NCBI GenBank assembly: GCA_001179505.1
Contig: CDMY01000227.1
Span: 558,001 to 622,000 of the forward strand
DNA length: 64,000 nt
DNA from: Vitrella brassicaformis CCMP3155
Lineage: Eukaryota; Protista; Chromerida
Direction of reading: 5' to 3'
Of this stretch, positions 50,801 to 63,366 are shown piece after piece. Position 1 is the stretch's first letter; the number at the start of each line of letters is the position of its first letter. The notes under the pieces were generated by a model. The model worked only from the letters and a program-made list of their open reading frames with translations, was not told the DNA's origin and made no database searches. Made by a program: the position numbers and the translations under genes.

Positions 50801-51771
50801 CACATGTGTACGGGCCGGGCCCATCTTGTGTTGTCTTGTCGTCCCCTCCCTCCCGGCCACCAACCGAGTGTGGCCAAGACGGAGAAGAGGCCCTCGACTA
50901 CACGGTCAATAAACGCCTCGATCTACACACACGCACAGACAAAGTGTGACCACACAAGCACTCACTCGCAGCTACGCGCGCGCCTTTCTCTCTCGCCCTC
51001 TCTCTTTTCTACCCAGTCAGTCTCCCTCCCTAACCTCGTGGTCCTGTATGGTGGCGTCGTGGAGCGTGCGGTATGCATTGGTTAGGTTGAGCGAGAACTG
51101 GCTCGGCGACAGCGACACGAAACTCAAGAACCGGTCTACCACACGAGTGATCTGATGAACCGAATTCTGACCACCACACCACAGGCCACCACACCACACC
51201 ACAGACACCTCATCCTCTGTCCTGGCTGTCTGTCTGTCTGTCTGTCTATTCGTCCGTCGCTTGCTCACGGCCTGGAGGACGCCCTGTGCGAGTGTTTCGA
51301 GGAGCGGTCGGGGGATGGATGAGCTGAAGTTGAGGTGGTACCTCTCGTAGAGGTTCCGCTGGCAGTCTGCGATGATCCTTTGGATGTTCTGGGGGGTGGG
51401 CTCCACGAAGTACACCGACGGCACCTCAGGCACAGCACTCCTCTCGCTGTGCAGCGGCAGATGCAGCGTCACGCCGTGCCGACGGAGGCCGCCAACCTGA
51501 CACACATCACAATCACAGTGGTGTCAGTCAGGGAGTGTGATTGATGCCCACTCCACTCACTGACCTTCATCAGTGGCGCGAGGACGTCCTGGCAGAATCG
51601 GTCGTAGATGACGATCTTCCAGGTGACGCCTTCTGTCGAGGGCCCTCCCCAGCCACTCATGCCGCCCCCGCCGCCTCGCAAGGGGTCCTCCATGCCGCCC
51701 GACGGAGCCACCTGCAGCAGCAGCATCTTGGTCACCGCGTTCTTCTGACATTCTTGCACGTTGAGAGCCAT
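47828..51771 (-). CDS. SLY1: Sec1/Munc18 family protein, SLY1/SCFD1 type (multi-exon)
   Basis: TWKIVIYDRFCQDVLAPLMKVGGLRRHGVTLHLPLH, VYFVEPTPQNIQRI, YHLNFSSSIPRPLLE, RPVLIIL, DRDIDLSVMIQHTWTYQALIHD, LPEMTEKKRSVDMHTNLATAL and FVVGGGNFVE. Confidence 0.92.
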
Positions 51772-52028
51772 CGGCAGGCAACACCTGACCTGACGGTATA
51801 GAGCGTCCAGCTGAGTGTGCAGATGAGTGAGTCCTGTGCACGGCGTGGTTGTTGTGTGTTGCGCCACCTGCAGAATTCTGTTTTCTCAGCTGGTCTGCTG
51901 CTCATCCCTAGCCATAGCCATTGCCATTGCCATCGCCATCCTCTGTACCCTCTCCACGTTTGAAGAAAGCTCGCCAATTCTAAGCTCGCAGGAAAGGAGA
52001 TCTGAGGCCAGGAGGTCCGTAGCACGTC
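51772..52028. promoter_or_regulatory. Putative bidirectional promoter between SLY1 and clathrin light chain
   Basis: 257 bp between divergent start codons; contains a (GCCATT/C)n run and an AGATCT palindrome at 51998. Confidence 0.5.
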
Positions 52029-52848
52029 ATGGATCCGAGCGAGGACTTTCTGAAGTCCGAAAATGGCTTTGGCGACAGTTCACAGATGCAGGGCGACTTC
52101 GGCAGCCCCTCTCAGTACGACACCTTCGACTTCGCCGCGTCGACAGCCCCGCCCGCCCAGCCGCCCGCCGACTCGGCCGCAGCCACCACCGGCGGCATGA
52201 GGGCATTCGACATGCCCGCCGATAACGGGTATGCGCCGCCTGCGCCGGCAGCCGTGCCCCTCGACATGGGCGGAGGCGGTGCCGGTGGTGCTGCTGGTGG
52301 TGGTGCGTCGGATGGTGTGATAGAGGGCGGCGGCATGGGAGGGGGCCCGGCGTACATTCCTGAGGTCAACCCGCTCACCGAGTGGGAGGAGAAGCACAAC
52401 GCCGAGCTCGACGACAAGAACCGACAGGTGAGGGAGAGAGGGAGGGAGGGAGAGAGGGAGGGAGGGAGGGTGCAAGCGAAAGTCATGACACACAAAGGAT
52501 GAACACGTGTGTGTCTGTGTGTGTTGTACATATACGTGTGTGTGTGTGTGTGATGCCCTCCCTTCCCTCCAGGAGGATGAGGCCAAGAAGCAGGCGCGAG
52601 CCAAGGCGCAGGAGGACATCAAGAAGTGGTACGAGGAGTACAAGCTGAGCGTCGCCAAGCGCAAGGAGCAGAACCAGCTCGAGGAGAAGGAGGCCATGGC
52701 CGCCAGGGAGACTGACCTCACGCGAGACAACGCCTGGGAGCGGGTCTGCACCATGGTCGACCTCAACAAAGAGTCGCAGCGGGACACCTCACGGATGAAG
52801 CAGACTTTCATCCAACTCAAGAACAACCCACTGCCGAGTGCCTCGTAG
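52029..52848 (+). CDS. CLC: Clathrin light chain (2 exons; intron 52428-52572)
   Basis: Acidic N-terminus, LTEWEEKHNAELDDK, AKAQEDIKKWYEEY coiled coil, NAWERVCTMVDL and RDTSRMKQTFIQLK. Confidence 0.88.
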
Positions 52849-53202
52849 GCAGGGAGGGAGAGAGAAAGAGAGAGGGGGACAGGAAGGCGTCCACATAGAT
52901 TTTGGGGTGGCCGGGCAGGCTGCTCTGCTCAAAGGGCGGGCGGGGGGTTGGGCGGTCGGGGGACGTAATTGAGTGGGAGGCTTGTGTGTGAGTGTGTATG
53001 GGGTGGTGGTGCACGGCGTGATGATCCTTCCCTCGTCGCATGGACAGTGGACACGTAGAGTGCGAATGACACTTGAATTCATCCCTATATCACTCACTCA
53101 TGGATACCGAGAAGCGGTCTGTCGGTCCGTTCACTGCTGCAGGTGTGTGTGTATCGTACCTACAAGAGAGAGAGGGAGTCTGCTGGCCGGGCCGCTAGGT
53201 AG

Positions 53203-56200
53203 CTAAGCTCCTGGTTCGGCGTCGCGTACGGTGACGGCGTCATGGATAAAGTTGTAGAGCTCCTTTGCGTTCTTGCTGCCGATCAGCTGGGTCAGCTCGT
53301 CCAGACCCATCTTTGCCAAATCCGCCAGACATGACACCTGCACCACCCCGACCGACACACATACACACACATAGCGAGGGAGGGATAACCATGCCCTCAC
53401 TCCACTCCACTGCTGGCAGTCGTACCTACCGCGTTGACGAGCCTCCGTTGGTTGTGGCCCGTCACGCCCGGCATCTTGCGTAGCAGATCCACAGCTACGG
53501 TGTTGTCGGCGCTGTCAGGCGAACGATTCTTCCTCGCCGAACCACCACCGGCAGGAGCACCACCACCACCACTGCCATTCACCGCGCCACTCGCCTGGGG
53601 CCCGTCTGAAGCAGCTGCTGCTGCTGTTGCTGCTGCCGCCGCCGTCCAGTCGTTGTCTACGGGGCCGTCCTCCGCCTCCGCCTCTGCCTCTCCTGGCTGC
53701 TTCTTGCCGTCCATATCGACGTCGGTGCCATTGTTGTGGTTGCTATGGGGCTCTGCGGGAGAGGGTGTGTCGTCTTCCTCATTGCCGACCCTGGATGCGA
53801 CCTGGAAGTCAGGCTGCTCGCGGTTGGCCTGACAAGACAGAGATCGATCAAGGTGTGACGTCTGCATGGGGTGGGGTGGTTGGGCGACTGACCTTGAGTT
53901 TGATGAACAGGTTGGCGGTGAAGTGGCAGTGGGGCGACCAGATGAGGCGCAGTGTCGGGAAGTGCAGCGTCAACAGGATCAACCTGGCGATATCAGGCAG
54001 ACGGACAAACAGGCAGGCAGACAGACAGGCAGAAGGCACGGTGATTTCTCTCTCTCTGTCTGTCTCTGACGTGTTTGTGTGTCTTGCCGACTTTTCGATG
54101 ATTTTTTGTTCCTCGATGGTTCTTCCGATCTGTTGGTTCCTGAGAGCGAAGCCCCGCCGCTCGTCGAACTCTATCAGCAGCGTCGGGTGGCTGTAGTAGC
54201 GACGCATCTGCTCGGCCTGAGCGAATGCATCCAATGCACCGACAGCACAGCGCAACACACGGGCTCGCTGGCGGCCTTTGGGCGCTCCATTCCAGTGTGC
54301 AGATATTCACCTGGTGGTATAGCCTCCCCGAGTTGATGGAGCTGATCAGGTCAGGAAGAGCCTTCCGCTCCACACACATGTGCCTGACACAACACAACAC
54401 GACACGACACTTGTCCATCCATCCATCCATCCATGCACCTATTGGCCGACTCACTTGGAGAGCACATAATCGCCGACAGTGAGTGTGATGGGGTAGACGC
54501 TCAGCCCCTTGACAAACAGCTCATACGGCAGCGAGGAGCGGAACTCGCGCATGTCGACCACGACGACAGGACGGATCTGCTTGGCGAGCTCGGCGGCCCT
54601 GGCAGCCCCCCCGCCGCCCTGGCGCGTGTTGCCCTCGGCCGCCAGCTCGAACAGCAGCCTGTCGTCGGCTGTGGTGAGCTCGTCGACCGGCACGATCAGG
54701 TGCTCCTTCTGACGCATCAGCGACTCCCACGCCTGCTTCTCCTTCTGTGGAGAGAGAAAAAAAATGGATGGATGCCGGTGGGGCGGGGGATGTTGCCTAG
54801 TTAGTACCTGGAGAGCGTTCTTGAACTTGTACTGGTCGACTGAATTCTGGTCGTACCACAGCATGTACACCTGCAGGCCACCCCACCCCACAGACACGAA
54901 GAGAGCGAGCGAGAGAGAGAGACCCCCATTCCTCCCTCCCCCCACCCTCGCCCTCGCCCCTACACTCTCCCTCACCCCCACCGACCGACCTTCAGGTCCT
55001 TGCCCACGATGATTGCATCGTCCTCCCCACCACCACCACCAGCAGCAGCACTACTCGCCTCCCCCTCTCCCTTCTCCACATCCATGACGTCATCACCGTC
55101 ACCATCCTCCGTCCGGTCGGGGCGCCCTTCCTGCTTGACGGCAGCGGCCATCCTCCGCTGCCGCCTCTCAGCCTTGTTCCGCTCGTGTGCGTGGTAAAGC
55201 TCGGCGCAGTAGAGCTCGCTGGCCCGGATGAGGGGGATGTCGGCCTCGTAGATGACCACACAGTGGGGGCGGAAGGCGCGAAGGGACAACTCGTACAGAC
55301 CTGGTATGAGAAACAGACACAGGCAGATGCGCACAGGGGGGAAAGGCCGAAGGTCGCCTGTGTGTCTGTGTGTGAGGGTGGGGGTGGGGGTGGAGGAGGA
55401 GGCTGGCTGGCTGGCTGCCCGGCTCACCTCACTCACCGTCGTATCTACTGGTGGTTACGATGGACACGTGTGGCGTGACAGGCATGTTGTTCTGCCGGGC
55501 GAGCACCGCCAGCACCTCGTTCATCTCATCCTCACCCACATCACGGCTGGAAGGAAGGGGTGGGGACCACACACAAAGGACAGACACGACACACGGGCAG
55601 GAAGAAAACTAACTTGCTGTCGTCTGTCTGTCTGTCTTTGTTCTTTACTTGGGCACGACGTTCCTGAGTATGGCCACCTGCTCCGTGAGCAGCTCCAGCT
55701 CCATCCGCTGGGCAGCTGACATTTGGGGAGCACCACGACGACCACCACCCCCAGCACCCCCAGCAGCCCCTGCAGCCGCGGCTGATGCTGCTGCAGGGCC
55801 GCCACCGCCCTTGGCAAAACCCTTTCGCTGCCTGAAGACCATCACACCATCACCCACACCACACCACACCACACCACACATATCGGTAACATATCGGTAG
55901 GTGTTGGGTGCGGGTGCACCTACTTGTCCTTAGCGGCCTGTTGTCGTTTCTTCTGGTTGTGGCTGGTGAGGTAGTGGAGTAGTGACCCCTGCAGCGTGGG
56001 CACAGCGCCCTCAGTCAACACCTGACGACCAATCGGTCGGATATATCGATGAAGAGGGAGGCACATGAGAGAATGCCACGCCACGGCCTCCTGCACTGCA
56101 CTGCACTGCACTGCCTGACCTGCATGAGCTGCCTACGGGTGACCTCTTCGTTGACGGCCACCAATATGCGATACGTCGGCCTGTCGTCCGCCCCATCCTC

Positions 56201-57947
56201 CCCGCCGTCCATCTCTATCACGTCATCACCGTCGCTATCCACAGCCACCCCAGCCGACACTCCTCCCTCTCCGTCCACACGCCGCCTCTTCTTGCGCTCC
56301 TCACTCAGCCGCCCGGCCTCACCCACAGCAGCACCACCACCAGCCGCAGCAGCCGGCCTCTTCTCACCCACAGCCGCAGCCGCCGACGACGCTCCCTCGC
56401 CACCGCTCTCTGCCTCTTCTCCTTCCTCCTTCTCCCTCTGTTGGATTCTCTTGAGCTTTGCGACGACGCTGCCGGCTGGGGGCGTCTGGGTGAGCAGCTT
56501 CAGAAGCGACTCCCACTTAGGGGTCACCTCGAGCACCAGGTGCAGGGATGACGTCCTCTTGGGCGGCGGCGGGGGCTTGGGCTGCCCGGCCTGCTGCTGC
56601 TGCTGCTGCTGTTGTGGGTCGGGGCGGCTGGGGCCACTGTTGTTGTCTGGTGGGCTGGGGGTGGGGGAGGGAGAGGGAGAGTGGGTTGGTGATGGGGCTT
56701 TGGTGCGGACGACCTGGTACACTCTGATTGATTGATAAGGGACACGGAAGACGGAGAGAATGGATGGGGTTTTGTGTTTTCGTGTGTGTTTTCGTGTGTG
56801 TGGTCGCCCGTGCCTTTCTTTGGCGAGTTTGAAGATGAGGTCCGCCTCGGTCGTCCCCATCCACCCACTGCTGCTGGACTGGCGGACGGATGCACACACA
56901 AACGTACAAGAAGGTCAGGCCGCTCTCCCCATCTCTCCCTCCCTCTCGTCTGTCTGTCACCTCCCTCACCCACATTGCTCCACCCACCTCACCCACCTTG
57001 CTTGAGTCGTGAAGGCTCTCGACGTACATGAAGAACGTGACGGCGTCGTATCTGAGCATGTAGTGGAGCATCTTCCTGACCTCCCCGATGGCCTTGATGA
57101 GCGACTCCACCTCCGGCCCCAGCTTGTTCCACACGGGATCGCACTTGTCCCGCAGCTGCACCTCAAACGCCTTGAACAGGCAGTCACCCACCGTGGCGAT
57201 GCCCTCCAGGTCGACCACCTTGTTGCGCTTGAGCTTCTCCAGGCCGCCCTGCAGCAGCTTGACCACGGCATGCTGCATCGAGCGCACGCTGTCCGTCAGA
57301 GGCAGCTGCACCTCCTCGGTGTCAGGCTCAGCCAAGCCGCCCAGGGTGTGGCTGACGTCAGATTGGATGCGGGGAAAGAGGTGCAGGCGTGTGACGGCGA
57401 GGGCCTTCATGACCTTCTCGACGGCTGCAAAGCCTCGCATGAGCATCTCAGGGCGGTCGGTGAGGCCCTTGATGAAGCCCCGCTTGTTGCGCTTGCGGAA
57501 GAGGCGAATAATGAAGGCCTCGTTCCAGCGGTCCGTCAGGGTGTGGGCGTGCATCACCAGCAGCCCGTCAATCATCTCGGGCGGCAGCTTGTTCATCAGC
57601 AGGTCCGTCACCAGAATCTGCGACGACACCAGGAAGCACCCGCCCTTGGCGTAGAGGTCGCTGCGCTCGCCCTTGTCGGTCTCGGCGGCGATGGCGTAGA
57701 TGGGCATGCCGATCCCGCCCTCCTGCGCCACTCGCCGCTGGAACACCGTGGTTTCCTCTTTGCTCGCCAGGTTGAGCAGGAAAATGAGTTTGTGGGCGCA
57801 GCCGAAGGAGCGGAGGTAGTGGATGGCCACCGAGTAGAGACCCAGGCCACGGGCGGCCACGACGAGGCAATCGGACTCATTCAGTCGGTCTACTATGCGC
57901 TGCTGGAAGCCGAGAGCCGGACTTTGTTGCTGCCGACGCTCAGCCAT
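53203..57947 (-). CDS. ERCC4: DNA repair endonuclease XPF/RAD1 (multi-exon)
   Basis: LVVAARGLGL, LYAKGGCFLVSSQILVTDLL, EAFIIRLFRKRNKRGFIKGLTDRPE, VVVDMREFRSSLP, LTVGDYVLS, VERKALPDLISSINSGRLYHQ, YSHPTLLIEFD, LTLHFPTLRLIWSP, and C-terminal HhH2 LLRKMPGV. Nuclease motif intact. Confidence 0.93.
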
Positions 57948-58153
57948 GCTCAGAGGGAGTCAAATGGGCATCTATAGATCAACGCTGTCGCAGCGGTCGG
58001 GATGGTGTGATCTCTCACCGCGGAGTCGCCTCATCCCCGAACCCAAGAAACCCTGGACCCAAGAAACCCTGCTCTCTTCCACCAGATCGTCCCGGGCATC
58101 CTCCAGTTTTTTGACTCATCGTCCTGCTTGTCTGAGCCGCAGGTGTTGTGCAG

Positions 58154-58850
58154 ATGGACGAGAGATGTGACCAGTTCTTCAGCGATGCCCAATCACTGAC
58201 CCAGCAGGCGACAGTGCTCAACAGCAAGGTCTCCAAGGACCTCGGCAAGCTGCGGCGCTTCCTAATGAAGAACCAGGAGCACCGCTTCACTCCCAAGGCG
58301 CAGCAGCGGCTGTTCGATACTATTGGAATCTATGTCACCTGGGTCAAGAGGACCGAGATGGGCGCAGGTAATGAGGATTCCGTGTCAGCCGTGCTGGATG
58401 TGGTCAAGGACGCGCTGGCCATGCCCTTCACAGGTGGGTGGGTGCGACGGGCAAGGAAGCACCAGATGGAACAGAGAGAGTTCTCCCTTTCATTCGGTTT
58501 GTCTGGTCTGTCCTGTCTGTCATGCAGTGTTTGGCACAAAGCACAAGACCACACTGCTCCAGTGGCACGACCATCTCACCGCAGCAATAGCCGACCGTCC
58601 TGGCGGATCCGGTGGCGACGGGACGGAAGACGCGGCGCAAGAGTATCAAGCGCTGAGCCTGGATGAGGGAGGCCAGTGCGTGACGGTGTGGGACGAGTCT
58701 GCAGAGGCGACGCTCGAGGGGATAAATGTGCGGGACGAGGCCATGCGGGGGCGGGTGAAGGTTGGGATTGACGAGGGGAAGATGGTCCATGTGCGAGTGG
58801 GGCTTAAGGACAGAACAGTGCTGAGTGTGAGGGTGGAGGAGGGGGACTGA
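58154..58850 (+). CDS. Hypothetical protein: helical N-domain plus eIF5A C-terminal-like OB fold (2 or more exons)
   Basis: EYQALSLDEGGQCVTVWDESAEATLEGINVRDEAMRGRVKVGIDEGKMVHVRV resembles the eIF5A C-domain. No hypusine motif (STSKTGKHGHAK) seen. Confidence 0.62.
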
Positions 58851-59157
58851 CTAGCCTGGTCAGTGAGTGAGATTAGATTGCCAGGGAGAAAGGCAATTGA
58901 TCAACATTTAGTGAATGCTCCAGAACAGATCAGACCAAGGTGGGTGCATTCAAGCTTTTGGTGTCTTCCCGCTGAAGGCAATCATGTCCCCCCAGATAGA
59001 ACCTGCTTGTCTCCCTCACGTAGCACAGTACCGCACCCAGAGAGCACACACACACGCAGACGGACAGCGTCACGCAAGAGAAGCGAACAAATATGACGGA
59101 AGAGAGACACAAGAAGACATCACACGCACATCCATCACGACAATCTCTGGTAGCAGG

Positions 59158-61265
59158 CTACGCCAGTCCCATAAGACTCTCGTGCATCCCCACGAACGCC
59201 TGCAAAGCGCCCCGGCATCGTTCAACCGGTGCCCTCGCACGGCCGCAGGGTGGGGTATACGAGGCATTCGATGAACCTGTCCGCCACCTCATGGGGTCAA
59301 GCCCTGCTGTCGCAATCCTTACGCGCGACCGCATTACACTTCCCGGCTTGCGGTGAAGGTGGAGAGGCTCAACGAGGGGTCCGTCGGTGGGTGTGTGTAC
59401 GAGTGGGGGGTTGGTCATGGTGCCGCATCCCGCGCCCCGATAGTTTCTGGGGGGAGCAGATGGGGGCGGCCGTGCAGTGGCCAGGGCGGAGTTGATCAGA
59501 TCAGTGAGGGGAAACAGGAGGTCTGGCGGGCCGTCGTTGCTGCAGGCTGTGACTCCGGCCGCCCACTCGTGGACCTTGTGGACAGAGGGGTCATAATGCG
59601 GCATGGTGCCGGGCAGGATACCTGCGGAATCGGCCAGTTCTATCAGCTCGCTCCTCAGCGCCCTCATCTGTAGTCTCTCGACAGTCGACAAGTCTCGGAA
59701 CTTGTCGACCTTCTCCGAGTTGCTCCGATCAGCGTCCGCAGCGCCCGGGGGGCCCCTCTCGCTGATGGGCGGCAGAAGGCCGGGCGACCCCTCTCGCATT
59801 GACATCGGTCCCGTGTCGGCCGTCTCCATCTCACGCCAAAACACGTCTTGTGTGTCGCTGAAGCGTGCTGACGACGAGGGGGGCATCAGGGCCAATACAT
59901 CTTCGGGAGGCTCGTCACACAGTCGGAATGTCTGGAAGGGGCGAAACATGCACGGCCATGCCGGCCAGATGCGATGCGTGGGCCTTGGCTGGTCGTCCTG
60001 GCTATGTGTGTAGTGTGCACCTCTTGCGAGATCATCTTGGCACGCGGCGGGCTGCGGAAGGTCTTTGAGCTCCTGGTGCTCACACTGACTCCAGACTTGC
60101 GCAGACGATCGTCACGCAGGGATGTCCAGGTGCTCATCATACTGTCGCATAGAGACCCTGATGAAAGGCATACAAACAACCGACATCCACACAGCGGGGT
60201 GGTTGTGTCAGTATGCTCGCTCGTCGCGACCGACCCCACCTGAGTATGGCGTGATGGCGAGAAACCGCTCCATGACTGTCGCAGGCGCAGAGGGGGAGGG
60301 GTTGCTGAGAGCCCTGTAATAAGACCGCTGGCCGACCGGCCGCGACTTGGGCGTCACCAGAGGCGTCAGGTCTGACAAATCGGTACCCAGCCGGAGTCGA
60401 GGACGCTCTGTCAGGCCCTGCATTCACCGCACGAACAAAGCTGTGATGACCCACACCATTCCACTCGGCCATGTGAAGCACATGAACCCACCTGTTCGTC
60501 TTTCACACGCCGAAAGTCGTCGACCACCGAAGGGCTCGACGTCAGCACCTCGGATAAACTGAACCGCCCAGCTGGGACGTCCCCCGCCGCCCTTTTATCC
60601 TCCCTCCGGTCCCTCCACGAGCCGCTCCGTCTAGGCTGCCTTCTCATTGCGAAGCGCCGCCCACTCTGGCTCAAAACGGGCTCTTCACGCCCCGGAGGGC
60701 CTCTCTTGAGCTTCACGCGATAACGAAAGGGCACGTCTGCAGCCGGCGGTGGCTCCAAAGGGGCCTCTGCTGCTTCTGACGGCCTCTCCCCCTCAGCTTG
60801 CAGTGGGCTCTTGTCTTCTTCCATCTGCTCTTGCCCATCCTCCAGCTGCTTCTCCCTCTCCCCGTCTCCTCCGTCGCCCAGTCTGAGTCTCTCCTGAATT
60901 TCAATCGAGGAAGTGGGCGCGAGCTCCCCCACGTCCAGCAAGAGCGCAGGCAGGCGCTGGCTGGGCTGCGTCGACGACCTTTTGCCGTTGTCTTGACTGG
61001 GCCTCGCGAAGGCAAGAGACCTCGACCGCTGGGAGAAGACGGAGCCATGTGTGGCTGGGGTACTGATGACTGTGGCTCGGCTGCTCGGGGCCCTTGACCG
61101 CCGCGCGCCTGCTGTCGTCGCCTGTTTGGCCGCCTTCTTAGCGCTTTGTTGGAGGGCATGGAGGCAGCTGGCGAATGCGCTGAGCTGCGTTTGGCCTCCC
61201 CTCGATATAAGGTGGTTGATGACCTCCACATGGAGGACTTTGCCTGGCTTTCCCTCTGAGAACAT
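59158..61265 (-). CDS. Large low-complexity/disordered hypothetical protein (multi-exon, boundaries uncertain)
   Basis: Long codon-biased ORF segments 60411-61367 and 59158-59949 separated by GT-AG intron-like sequence. No family recognised. Confidence 0.45.
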
Positions 61266-61500
61266 CACCCTCTCTGCTAACCACGACGAGGTAACAAACA
61301 ACAACAAACCGGGAGGCGATCGTCGAGATGTACGGAGATAAAGGACCGTGACGAGGGTTTGACGCACTGAAAAACTCTACGTCCTGCTGAGCCAAGAGGA
61401 CTTCTCTGAGCAAAGATCACTCGAGAAGGAGCCAGCTCCCGAGGTGACAAAGCCTCTCCACGGCGCTTCTCATTGTTCTCACGTGGGGTTGGAGAGAAGG

Positions 61501-63366
61501 ATGGCACTGCTGTGGTGGGAGATCTTCATCGTGGTTTTCTTTGTGTTGGCGGTGCTCCTGCCTGCCGCCGTCATCGCGTTCAAGGTATACGCAGCGGGGG
61601 GGACGGTGGTCTGGCAGGCGCTCACCTTCTCTGTGAGTCTCGCGTGTGTGTGCGTGCAGCCACAGTGGGTGTTTTTCAGCAGGGGAGCGAAGAAATCCAA
61701 CGCCGAGACCATCAATCTTGTCAGGTGCGGTGCGTCCTGGAGATGAGAATGGCCGCGGCAAACACGGCCCCCACGCACACCCATGATGATGTGCTTGACC
61801 ATGTGTCACTGTGTATGTCTTGCTTGTCTGTGCGTGGCTGACAGGACCTTCATGACGCACTATTCCCTCCCTCTCGGCATGGATCCCTTGCACCGACAGC
61901 TGTGTCTCGCTTTCATGGACCCCTTCGTCAAGGTGAGGGAGAGGTCACCAAGCCAAGACACGTGTCTTCGCCATGTGTATTGCAGACGGTATACTCGTTG
62001 TTTGCCATCCTCCCCGACCCCTGGATGGTGGCAATATGCCGGGCGGTTGACGCGTTCCCAGGCAACACTCTCAGATATATCCTCCACGCCATTATTGGTA
62101 GGCACATGGGCATATCACGAGGGACACACACGCACCGGCATCCGTCAATCGTTTCCCTACTGCAGGCCGCACCCACCTGATTGATCATGTAGTAACCGAA
62201 GGCATCAAGCGTGCCGGCCTGGGGCGATGTCAGTGGGTCTTGCTTGGCGCAGGTAACAAGACACGCTCGACAGACAGACAGACAGACGGACAGACGGACA
62301 GGCAGATCGACGTACCGTCACCCACGATTGTTGTCCTGTCCTGTCTCTCTGTCTGTTGCCATGCCATGCAGGCTACGATAATCGCACGTACAGGATGGCC
62401 CCCCTGAGGCAGGCGTATCAAGTTGCCACGTTTGAGGTCGACCAGGAGCCCCTGCAGCAGGACAAACTGAGGCGATTGAGGAAGGTAGGTAGGTCGACAG
62501 GAAACCTGCTGATGGGATGGGATGGCCCACGGCTGATGTCGGTCGGTTTGTGTTGGTTCCTTCATTCAGTGTGCGGCGGTGCCTCCCTCTGCTTATGAGG
62601 ATGTCAAGTACGTGACATGTAACTTCAACACCGAGCGCGTGCAGGACGTCCTCCTCTCCGCCAACTACCAGCCGGGCAAGCGCACCATCTTCCTCCTTGA
62701 AGGCGTCTCCATGTACCTCACCAAGGAAGGCTTCGCGCAGACCCTCGCCGCCATCAAGGAGCTGTGCCCGGACGACTGCACCCTCACTTTCGACTACGTT
62801 GACGAGCGGGTCATCAACGCATACAACGGCCGCACCGACATCGTGGATCCCCCCACGCCCCCCCTCGGCAGCCCCAGGAGCGTCGAATCCACCACACTCG
62901 ACGAGGGAATGAGCGACTGTGAGGAAGGCGCGATGGTCGTCGACAAGAAGACGGCTGCGAGCAAGAAGGAGGAGGTGGCCAGCCGTGCGTCGACCCCCTT
63001 GACAGCTGAGGAGCGCCGGTATGGTGTGCAGTACTGCTCGGTGCTCGAGAGGAACCAGACGCCCGTCACCTTCGGGCTGGACCCGTCGCGACTGGAGACA
63101 CAGATGGCTGGTGGGTGGGTGGGTGAGACAGGAGAACGAAGAGAGGATGTCATTCATTGTGCCCACCTTAATTGTGTCGTTGTGTGGGTGTGCATTCAGA
63201 GCATGGGTATGAGATCGTGCAGCACTGGTCTCCCGATGAGCTGGCGCAGCAGTTCCTCAAGTGGCCTGGCGGCAAGGAGAGCAAACATGGGGGCGAGATC
63301 GTATCACGGGCGTGCACCTACTTTTACTATTGCACTGTCCGGCCGGTCAGGGGGAGTGCCGTGTGA
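61501..63366 (+). CDS. LCM-family (TIGR00027-like) SAM-dependent methyltransferase with N-terminal membrane anchor (multi-exon)
   Basis: RTHLIDHVV, QWVLLGAG-YDNRTYRM, FEVDQEPLQQDK, YVTCNFN, RTIFLLEGVSMYLT and LTFDY follow the LCM/Rv0726c-type pattern (LGAGxDxR, EGVxMYL). Hydrophobic N-terminus LLWWEIFIVVFFVLAVLLPAAVIAF. Confidence 0.8.

Noticed and set aside
57009-57977. 322-aa and 188-aa plus-strand ORFs
   Set aside because: Antisense shadows of the large first exon of XPF
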